Of a stretch of DNA of 60,177 nucleotides, positions 51,088-60,177 are shown in pieces (position 1 is the first letter of the stretch; each line of letters starts with the position of its first letter). The notes beneath the pieces are model-generated. The model searched no databases. It worked only from the letters and a program-made list of their open reading frames with translations, and had not been told where the DNA came from. Origin of the DNA: Macrostomum lignano (lineage: Eukaryota); contig NIVC01003388.1 of assembly GCA_002269645.1 (NCBI GenBank), positions 1 through 60,177 of the forward strand, written 5' to 3'. A program made the translations under genes and the position numbers.

Positions 51088-51311
51088 TCTGTCCGTATTC
51101 CAAAGCCGCAGAGCTTTCGGACAGAGCGTCCGGAGTGTGAAAACTCCGAATCAAGGAGTGCCAGACGAAGCTCTCTGGAGCGTTTGGCAAGCGCGGAGGG
51201 TCCGTGATCAAACACAACTCCTGTGGGCGAATCTATGGAAGATGAGACCTTAGTAGTTTTTAGTCTTTCCCTTTGTTTCATAGAATCTACTCTGACTTTC
51301 AAATTTAAAGT

Positions 51312-51628
51312 GGAGAAGCAGAGGGGGAGAAGCAGAGGGGAGAAGCAGAGGGGGGAGAAGCAGAGGGGGGAGAAGCAGAGGGGGAGAAGCAGAGGGGGGA
51401 GAAGCAGAGGGGGAGAAGCAGAGGGGGGAGAAGCAGAGGGGAGAAGCAGAGGGGGAGAAGCAGAGGGGGGAGAAGCAGAGGGGGAGAAGCAGAGGGGAGA
51501 AGCAGAGGGGGAGAAGCAGAGAGGGAGAAGCAGAGGGGGAGAAGCAGAGGGGGAGAAGCAGAGGGGGAGAAGCAGAGGGGGAGAAGCAGAGGGGGAAAAG
51601 CAGAGGGGAGAAGCAGAGGGGGAGAAGC
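51312..51628. repeat. Purine-rich repeat (gagaagcagagggg)n
   Basis: Read directly from the sequence. Confidence 0.9.
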
Positions 51629-52364
51629 TCTTCCCATGTTGATCGGGAGTCAGAGGGGGGCTAAAATGCATAGGTGTACACACACACACACGCACACACC
51701 AAAAGTTCACTTTGCAACTGATTGCCAGCGGGACAGCGTCTGTAAAACCGGGCGCCGCAGCGGCTTCCTCGTTTCTTCCCGTTCCCATTTCGCATCCCCA
51801 ATTGAGGATTCTGGGCTGGCAGCAGCAGCTTCCTTGCTCCCCTAACTCCCTTCCCCATCAGAGTGTGCCTTGGTTGGGCCGAGGGACAAGCATTGAAAGA
51901 ATTGACTGAAGAAAAACAGGGGGGGGGGGGCAGACAGGCAGTCAAAATAGGGAGCGAGCGGTGGTGGTTTTATAAGCGGAAATGATTACTTGCTTCGCCT
52001 GCTCAGCGGCTCATCGCTCACTTCGCCCCTTGGCAACAATAACAACAGCTAATCCTCAGCGCGCGGTCTCCTCCACTTGGCTTTGAAGACTTCTTGAGCT
52101 GCCAGGGAACGGAGGCATTTTGAAAATTTGCATAAAGTAATTTGGCCGCAGCCAGGCAGGCCTGAGAGCGGACAAGCAGGCCGGCTGGCTCCTTTTGCCA
52201 GTTTAGCCATCAAACGAGGGAACAAGTCGAATGGGCCGCGTCCCCAGTTCGAATTGGGTTATGATGGAATTTCTGCCTGCAAACTGATCCGCCAGTGCAC
52301 TCCTAGGGCTCCGCGCAGCAAGTGCAGCCGAATCGCGAATATTCTCACTCAACCCGGCCCTTGT

Positions 52365-52514
52365 GCTGTCTCTCACCCTGTCTCTCACCCTGTCTCTCAC
52401 CCTGTCTCTCACCCTGTCTCTCACCTGTCTCTCACCCTGTCTCTCACCCTGTCTCTCACCCAGTCTCTCAGCTTGTCTCTCACCCAGTCTCTCAGCTTGT
52501 CTCTCACCCTGTCT
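52365..52514. repeat. Left arm of a 12-bp minisatellite (tgtctctcaccc)n
   Basis: Read directly. Same unit as 58417-60177. Confidence 0.95.
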
Positions 52515-52609
52515 TGACTTACTGACTTAGCTGCAGGGCTGTCCCGGAGGGGACACAGCGGGAAGGCGCGGGCGCCCATTCCGCTAGTCCCTGAACGGCC
52601 GACGCGTCG

Positions 52610-55600
52610 CTATGGACGGAGGGTTGGCGCCGCCCAGGGAGGTCCCCCAGTGTCGCCAGCAGCTATGGTGCTCTCTGGAAAGGAGAGTTCAGCCCTGCGG
52701 GTGGCCCGAAGGTAGCGCATGAGCTGATTAAAGTTTTCGGGTTTGCACGCTTCAGTAATAGATGTGTGTGGCCCGAGGTAAGTGAGTCTGGCCCGCGTGA
52801 AGGCGGGACAGATGCTGACGAAATGCTCAGCGGTTTCGTCACCTGAGTTGCAGAAACTACAGGTGGCGTTGGTGGCGTTGCCCTGCAGGTACTGGTGCCT
52901 GGAGAAGCAGCCGTGACCAGAGAGGGTCATGGTGGCAGCCCGGATGTCTCTGCGCGAGAGGCGCAAGAGGAGCTTCCGGAGCTGGTGAGAGGGCTGAGGG
53001 ACAGCGCCTCTGGATTGCCTGCAGTTCGTGCGGTTCGCCCAAGTCGAGCGGTGCTGAGTCCTGATCCACGCTTTGATGCGCGAGTCGATGACACAGCCAG
53101 GAATCGGGACAAGAGGTTCGGGCCGAGAGAGGAGCCGGAGGCACCAACTTTTGCAAGGGTGTCAGCCAACTCATTTCCTCGGATCCCCACATGCCCCGGA
53201 ACCCACTTAAGGGTAATTTTGTTGGCGGAACCCAACACATTGAGGAGTTTGATACAGTCAAGGACTGTAGCAGAGTTGGTGCTGCAGCCACTGATGGCGT
53301 GCAAGGCAGCTTGGCTGTCCGAATGGAAAATGATGTTCTTACCAGTAACGCCAGTGGCGAGAAGCTCTGCAGTGCAGGAGCTGATGGCCAGAACTTCATT
53401 TTGGAAAACACTGGAGTTGACCCCAGTGTATTGAGCGTGGGTAGCGATGACCCTCCCGTTCAGAAAGATTCCAACACCAAAGCCGGTGTTGGCTGACTGC
53501 TTAGAACCGTCGGTGTAGCAATGAAGCTCACCAGGGTTCCAATGGTCATTGATGTTATCGCGCGAGTCGATAGCTACGGAGTAGCGCTGTCTCAGGTTGA
53601 GCGTTGAGGCAATGCCATCGGTGAAGACGCGATTGGCCTGACACTCGTTGAGAAAGTTGAGGCACAGATCGCTATGCGGGACAAGGTTCCGCTTAGCAGG
53701 TGCTCTCATGTAAATGAATTTGACGCCGGCATCAATTAGACGCCGCGTCGTTCTAGCCGCCTCACCCCTGATGAAGAGGTCAAGAGGCGGAAGATTAAGA
53801 AAGGCCCCCATGCCAGCAAAGGGCGTGGACCTGGTGGCGTTGCAGATGAGCCTACACGCTCTGCCTTGGATCGTGTTGAGCAGGTCTGCATGGCTTTTGA
53901 CCTGGGTAGCGCTAACCCAGACAACAGAGGCGTACGTAATGGCAGGTCTAACTACGGAAGTATAGATCCACCAAAGCCGCTTTGGGGATAGACCCCAAGA
54001 AGTGCCAAGTGCTCGTCGGAGCTGGGCCAGGATGGCTGAGGCACGCTTAGCTTTTGCTTTCACGTGGAAGGACCAGTTGAGCCGGTGGTCAAGTGTGACC
54101 CCGAGACATCTGGTCTGGTGCGCGAAGGCAATATCTCTGCCGTAGAGCTGCAGAGGACGTATGTTCCAGCGTAGTCTGCTGGTAAACATAATGGCAACGG
54201 TTTTGGGCTCAGAGAGTTCCAAACCATTGTCATTGGCCCAGGATTCTGCTTTGCGGATAAAGCTCTGCATCAGATCCCTGAGCGTGCTGGGAGACGGTCC
54301 TGCCACAATGGCCGTGACGTCATCAGCATACCCGACTTTGAAGACGGGGTCAGGTCGGGAGTCACTCAGAAGAGCGTCCATGACCAGGTTCCAGAGCGTC
54401 GGGGTGAGGACTCCGCCTTGGGGTCCACCCTTACAGACTCTGGTGGAGGCAGTTTGCCCAAGAAGTTGGGCAGTGACCGTACGGTTGGAGATCATGTACA
54501 TGATCCACCGTATGAGGGTAGCATGAGCTTTGCGATTTTGAAGGGCCCTCTGAAACGCTTCAAAGATAACGTTGTCGAAGGCGCCAACAATGTCAAGAAA
54601 GAGAGCCAGGGCGTAACCGTCACCCAGTACCGCCCGTTCAATCTTTTCGACAATCGCATGCAGGGCGCTGTCAGTCGACCTCCCGGTACGGAAGGCGTGC
54701 TGATTATTGCTGAGGGGCATCGCTGTCAGCTCGCAGGAGAGCAGCCGCCAGAGAATAAGCCTCTCAGTGAGCTTAAGCATTGCTGACGTTAAGCTAATTG
54801 GCCGGAAGGCCTTGACGCTTTGGTAGTCACCCTTCCCAGGTTTGGGAATAAAGACTACTCGAGCTTCAGTCCAGCTTTTGGGAACGTATCCCAGCTGGAT
54901 AGAGGCCCGCATAAGATTGCGGGTGAGTCTCAGGAACGAGGGTATCTTGGCTGCTTCACGAAGGAGAACAGGGTAGATACCATCAGGTCCAGGAGATTTG
55001 AAGGGTTTGAAGGTTCTGACCGCACGAGCGATTAGGTCTTCAGTGACAATGCCCGCCGCTAGGGTGGCTCCATCCATCGAATGGTTGGGCTCCGGTCTAG
55101 CAGTAGGTACCCTCGGGAAGAATGTGCTAAGCATATGCTGAAGCACTTCTTCAGGGTCTTTAGTAAGAGAGCCATCATCTTTTTTGATCATGGCTAATTT
55201 GGACATTTTGTCCATTGTAAGGGCCTTGACAAGCCTAGAAGTAGGTCTGTCTTGATCCAATTCATTGCAGAATTGGCGCCACTTACATTCCTTGGCCTTG
55301 CGCACTTCAGATTTGAAATTGCGGGAGGCTTGCCGGAAAAGCTCCATGTCCTCCGGGTTTCCGGTCTTCATGGCACGGCGATGAAGGCTTTTGGCCTTCC
55401 GCCTGAGTTTCCCCAGCTCCGGGTTCCACCACGGCGCCGAGGTCTTGCCTCTGTAGGCGCGAGCAGGACAAGCCGCTTCGTAGGCTGCAATAATGCAACC
55501 TGTCAGCGTCTCAGCCATATGATCCACATCCTCGCAGGTCTCAATCGGACGTAAGTCCGTGAGTTCCTGCAGGTGCAGATCAAGGGCAGCCTTGTAGGCC

Positions 55601-56349
55601 GCCCAATCAGTGTTGCGGATATTGCGTCTCCAAGTGATCGGAGACTGGGTTTTAGTGTCCGCGATATTAAAGGCGATAAAGCAGTGGTCAGACAGGGAGG
55701 GCTCCTCAGACCAGACTCTCCACTCCTTGACTCTGTCAAAGAGTCTTGGGGTAACGAGTGTGGCGTCGAGGACCTCGGTCCATCTGCCATTATTAAAGGT
55801 AGGAGTGCTGCCGCGGTTGCAGAGCATGAGGTTTGTGTTAGAGATGAGGGCCAGAAGCTCCTCTCCTCTAGTGTTGGTATCTTTGCTGCCCCAGTGCTTG
55901 TGGTGCGCGTTGAGGTCGCCCCCTAAGCACAGCTCAGCGTTCTGGGACTCGCAGTACTGCGCAAGGCGCAGTAAACTCTCGGGAGCAGGGTCTCTGTCGC
56001 CTGGGATATAAACCGAGGCAACAAGACACGTACGCGGAGAGAAATGATTAGATTGGATGACGCAAAGGTCTCCATCAGAGAGATCAGTCCTCAGCCAAGC
56101 CTGGAGATGGCTAGCAGCGAGGATAGCCGCTCTAGGGCGGCTGTTCCCCGGGCCACACACATAAAAATCAGAGTAGCCAGAGGGAATGTTGGGCAACTTA
56201 CCGTTGCGCATCCAGGGTTCCTGGATCAGGATGAGGCCTGGCCTGTACAGCTCAGCAATCTTCATCAGATTTACTGACGCAGATACGCAATGCTGTAAAT
56301 TTATTTGCAGACAGAATGTCGCTCCTTTGGCAGCGTGGAGCTTAGTCAT
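52610..56349 (-). CDS. LINE ORF2: endonuclease, reverse transcriptase, RNase H and CCHC zinc finger; one frameshift at ~53118
   Basis: LQINLQH, IQEPW, GDLNAHH, SDH (APE); FRPISLTS, QHAFRTGRST, FLDIVGAFD, GPQGGVLTP, GYADD (RT); YTDGSK, HSDSQAAL, WVPGHVGIRGNELAD (RNase H); after the shift TLSGHG...CSFC...ETAEHFVSIC. Confidence 0.93.
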
Positions 56350-56388
56350 ACTGTATTAAATGCAATATCTGGCTAGAGCCCAGGGCCA

Positions 56389-57894
56389 TCAAGGAGACTT
56401 GGACAACAGATCGTCCTCGTCCCAGGCCGCTGGGGCTTGACTGGGAGATGGGAGTTGGTCGACGTCCATGGCCTCCTCACCCCCACCGGCCCCCCCAGCA
56501 GAGTCCTCAGGCTCCGATGACAGGATGGAGGAAGCTTCCTCACCTGCATCTTTACCTTCAGACCCCACCAAGGTGGCCGAGGAGAGCTCGGATTCCGAAG
56601 ACCCGGCCTCGTCCTCAACTCCTTCTCCGACTGGCAGGTTTGGTTCCCGGGGCTCGGCCGGAGCCGTTACCGCGGTCGCCGAACTGCTGCTAGCAGAGGG
56701 GCGAGATGCAGCTTTGGCTTTGGGATCGGCTTGCGCCTTTCCTTGGGCCTTAGACTGCGCCCCGCTCTTGCCGGAGATGCCGGGGTTGGCAGTAGCCTTC
56801 CCTTTGGCAGACTTTCCTCGGCGCAACTTGAGCTTGAGGGCACCCAGCTGGAAAGAGGATCCATTAGGGTACCGACTCGCCCAAGTGCTGGAAAGGCCGA
56901 GGACAATTGAGTTGCCCGTCTCCCCCCTGCGGACTTTACGGTGATACACCAGTCCACTAGCAGGGAGGTCGGGGTTCAGACGCAGTAGGACCCGGCGAAT
57001 AACGTCTGGTCCAGCTGCGGTGCTCTTAGCAGGGACGAAAACCACATAGGGTATCGTCTTTGGACGCTGGCCCTCGCGAAGAAAAAGAGCTCCGCCAAGG
57101 TCAGCATCCAAGGAGACCGTCGGTAGCCGCTGGAGCAGCCGCCGAGCGTCCTCCTCGCTGCTAGGAGCAATAAGAACGAATGTGCTTCGCAGCACCATCC
57201 GCTCAACGCCGATGGAGATTCCCTCCTCGACAGTCAGCTCAATCAGATAGGAGTCAACAGCACTCCACACTTTTTGAAGCTGATCAGTGGTCCAGTCCTG
57301 GTCGCGACCTTGGATGATCACTCCCGGGATTTTGGCCTTGGCCTTCGCCGCAAAGGTAGCTCCCGAAGGAACCTCCTTGTTGGCAGTGGCCATTTGTTGC
57401 GCCGTGGTTTCGGCCTCAGCAGCCGCGGCAGCAGCTCCAGGGAGCGCCGCCGCTGAACTACTGGAGCTTCCACCGGCCGGCCCGCCTGGTTGCCTTGGGA
57501 CTCCAGTCGCTTCAGCATCCATGGTGGACGCCGCCGCTTTGGCCCCCGCAGCTCCCTTCTTGGCCTGCCTTTTGGCGCGTTGTTTAGCGCGTTTGCGCTC
57601 AAGCCGAGCCCGCTGAGCTTCATCGGATCTGCCAGATTTGGCCGGTCCTTTAGGCTCAGAGCTCGCGGTTCCCTTAGATCCACCAGCGGAGCTGGCAGGT
57701 CTTAGGGTATTTTGAGTTTGGTAGCTCTGGTCGGATCTGCCAGCAGAGCCAGCCGGTCCTTCCTTTGCCACAGTTGAATCAGTCGGTTGGGATCTGCCAG
57801 CAGGGCCGGCCGGTCCTTCGGACTGAGGTTGGGGTTTAGAAGGGTCCCCATCCCTAGAAATAGCTTGTTTATCCATAGTCGGCTCGAAGGCCAT
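56389..57894 (-). CDS. LINE ORF1 (basic/low-complexity N-terminus, DUF4780-like central domain, acidic tail); no CCHC knuckle seen
   Basis: Long open frame ending 40 bp upstream of ORF2. First ATG at 57894. The central region WTTDQLQKVWSAV...LLRLNPDLP...FQLGALKLKLR resembles LOA-type ORF1 by eye. Confidence 0.8.
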   Translation of the reverse strand: MAFEPTMDKQAISRDGDPSKPQPQSEGPAGPAGRSQPTDSTVAKEGPAGSAGRSDQSYQTQNTLRPASSAGGSKGTASSEPKGPAKSGRSDEAQRARLERKRAKQRAKRQAKKGAAGAKAAASTMDAEATGVPRQPGGPAGGSSSSSAAALPGAAAAAAEAETTAQQMATANKEVPSGATFAAKAKAKIPGVIIQGRDQDWTTDQLQKVWSAVDSYLIELTVEEGISIGVERMVLRSTFVLIAPSSEEDARRLLQRLPTVSLDADLGGALFLREGQRPKTIPYVVFVPAKSTAAGPDVIRRVLLRLNPDLPASGLVYHRKVRRGETGNSIVLGLSSTWASRYPNGSSFQLGALKLKLRRGKSAKGKATANPGISGKSGAQSKAQGKAQADPKAKAASRPSASSSSATAVTAPAEPREPNLPVGEGVEDEAGSSESELSSATLVGSEGKDAGEEASSILSSEPEDSAGGAGGGEEAMDVDQLPSPSQAPAAWDEDDLLSKSP

Positions 57895-58416
57895 GATAAA
57901 AGGTTGGTGGGCTACCCTCAAAGGGGCGCGGTACCCACCCGGCCGCTCCACCTGACCGGGCAGTAGGCCAATAGCACCCTCAAGGCTGGCCCGACACCAG
58001 GAGGGGGACCGCTTGCGACCGGACTACTCCCCGGCCTTCCAGCCCATCGGCACGGTCAACACCTTAGGCATTAGAGAGTACGTTGAGCAGTACCACGGCC
58101 TGCAGGTTGGCGAGCCAGACCCGCATACCCAAATTCGGCCGAAGCCACTGGATAGGGTCGCCAGCGCCGGAGCCCAGTCTGTCCAGCAGCCCTAGGGACT
58201 GCCTTGAACACACGCGGGGACGAGTACCCTGGGTCGACTTGCGAGACAGCGTGGGGGGGGGGTCTGCGGCTGCCAGAGGCAAATAGAGGGTGCAGACCTC
58301 CCACCAGCCTTGACCTGCTGAAGATAGGGGCAGGCGTGAAGCATCGCAGACCTTAGCCCATGGGCCTAGTCTGTCTCATACTTCACTGGCATGCTGAATA
58401 CGCCTTCGCGTGCCCA

Positions 58417-60177
58417 CTCACCCTGTCTCTCACCCAGTCTCTCAGCTTGTCTCTCACCCTGTCTCTCAGCTTGTCTCTCACCCTGTCTCTCACCTTGTCT
58501 CTCACCTGTCTCTCACCCTGTCTCTTACCCAGTCTCTCACCTGTCTCTCACCCTGTCTCTCACCCAGTCTCTCAGCTTGTCTCTCACCCTGTCTCTCAGC
58601 TTGTCTCTCACCCTGTCTCTCACCCTGTCTCTCACCCTGTCTCTCACCTGTCTCTCACCCTGTCTCTCACCCAGTCTCTCAGCTTGTCTCTCACCCTGTC
58701 TCTCACCCAGTCTCTCAGCTTGTCTCTCACCCTGTCTCTCAGCTTGTCTCTCACCCTGTCTCTCACCTTGTCTCTCACCTGTCTCTCACCCTGTCTCTCA
58801 CCCTGTCTCTCAGCTTGTCTCTCACTTGTCTCTCACCTGTCTCTCACCCTGTCTCTCACCCTGTCTCTCAGCTTGTCTCTCACTTGTCTCTCACCTGTCT
58901 CTCACCCTGTCTCTTACCCAGTCTCTCACCTGTCTCTCACCCTGTCTCTCACCCAGTCTCTCAACTGTCTCTCACCCTGTCTCTCACGCCTGTCTCTCAG
59001 CTTGTCTCTCCACTTGTCTCTCACCTGTCTCTCACCCTGTCTCTCACCCTGTCTCTCACCCTGTCTCTCACCCTGTCTCTCACCCTGTCTCTCACCCTGT
59101 CTCTCACCTGTCTCTCACCCTGTCTCTCACCCAGTCTCTCAGCTTGTCTCTCACCCTGTCTCTTACCCAGTCTCTCAGCTTGTCTCTCACCCTGTCTCTC
59201 AGCTTGTCTCTCACCCTGTCTCTCAGCTTGTCTCTCACCCTGTCTCTCAGCTTGTCTCTCACCCTGTCTCTCAGCTTGTCTCTCACCCTGTCTCTCACCC
59301 TATCTCTCACCCTATCTCTCACCCTATCTCTCACCCTGTCTCCTCACCCAGTCTCTCAGCTTGTCTCTCACCTGTCTCTCACCTGTCTCTCACCCTGTCT
59401 CTCACCCTGTCTCTCAGCTTGTCTCTCACCCTGTCTCTCACCCTGTCTCTCACCCAGTCTCTCAGCTTGTCTCTCACCCTGTCTCTCAGCTTGTCTCTCA
59501 CCCTGTCTCTCACCCTGTCTCTCACCCTGTCTCTCACCTGTCTCTCACCCTGTCTCTCACCCAGTCTCTCAGCTTGTCTCTCACCCTGTCTCTCACCCAG
59601 TCTCTCAGCTTGTCTCTCACCCTGTCTCTCAGCTTGTCTCTCACCCTGTCTCTCACCTTGTCTCTCACCTGTCTCTCACCCTGTCTCTCACCCTGTCTCT
59701 CAGCTTGTCTCTCACTTGTCTCTCACCTGTCTCTCACCCTGTCTCTCACCCTGTCTCTCAGCTTGTCTCTCACTGTGTCTCACCTGTCTCTCACCCTGTC
59801 TCTTACCCAGTCTCTCACCTGTCTCTCACCCTGTCTCTCACCCAGTCTCTCAACTGTCTCTCACCCTGTCTCTCACCCTGTCTCTCAGCTTGTCTCTCAC
59901 TTGTCTCTCACCTGTCTCTCACCCTGTCTCTCACCCTGTCTCTCACCCTGTCTCTCACCCTGTCTCTCACCCTGTCTCTCACCCTGTCTCTCACCTGTCT
60001 CTCACCCTGTCTCTCACCCAGTCTCTCAGCTTGTCTCTCACCCTGTCTCTTACCCAGTCTCTCAGCTTGTCTCTCACCCTGTCTCTCAGCTTGTCTCTCA
60101 CCCTGTCTCTCAGCTTGTCTCTCACCCTGTCTCTCAGCTTGTCTCTCACCCTGTCTCTCAGCTTGTCTCTCACCCTG
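58417..60177. repeat. Right arm of the 12-bp minisatellite (tgtctctcaccc / tgtctctcagct variants), running off the window
   Basis: Read directly from the sequence. Confidence 0.97.

Larger units (their letters stand above)
52515..58416 (-). mobile_element. Near full-length two-ORF non-LTR retrotransposon of LOA/R1 type (5.9 kb)
   Basis: ORF1 plus ORF2 (APE-RT-RNase H-CCHC), ~500-bp 5'UTR, short 3'UTR ending TAAGTCAGTAAGTCA. Both junctions fall inside the tgtctctcaccc array. Confidence 0.92.

Noticed and set aside
52857-57705. Many short ORFs overlapping the LINE
   Set aside because: Shadow ORFs of ORF1 and ORF2.
58100-58416. HDV-like ribozyme using TCCCCGC as L3
   Set aside because: P3 and P1.1 (GG) could not be formed in the correct order by eye; kept only as a low-level check.

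Overview
Repeat-rich, intron-containing animal genomic DNA. GC-rich Gln-rich exons and dense minisatellites suggest a lophotrochozoan, plausibly a Macrostomum-like flatworm (inference only). I assembled spliced gene models by hand, checking splice sites and phases: a secreted DNase I with an unexplained ~155-aa C-terminal extension and a GC-AG intron (7744-12194,+), TDRD3 (14483-17653,-), an LSM12-like protein that appears truncated (20569-21189,-), RPL34 (21703-22812,-), GGACT (28168-29656,+), an unknown 159-aa 8-Cys secreted protein (36106-36670,+) with a degenerate tandem copy, and an NCS-2-like calcium sensor (44532-50756,-). The window opens inside an acidic repeat protein. Mobile DNA comprises an internally deleted mariner, a Ginger/GIN integrase relic, an RTE 3' fragment, a Merlin relic, a frameshifted piggyBac, four MITE-like elements (three with 8-bp TSDs), two tRNA-derived SINEs and a near-intact 5.9-kb LOA/R1-type LINE (ORF1 plus APE-RT-RNaseH-CCHC). 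That LINE sits in exact register inside a 12-bp minisatellite, which is the best candidate for a novel target-specific system. Many long ORFs in the supplied track are just read-throughs of tandem repeats. Family assignments come from motif recognition, not database searches.
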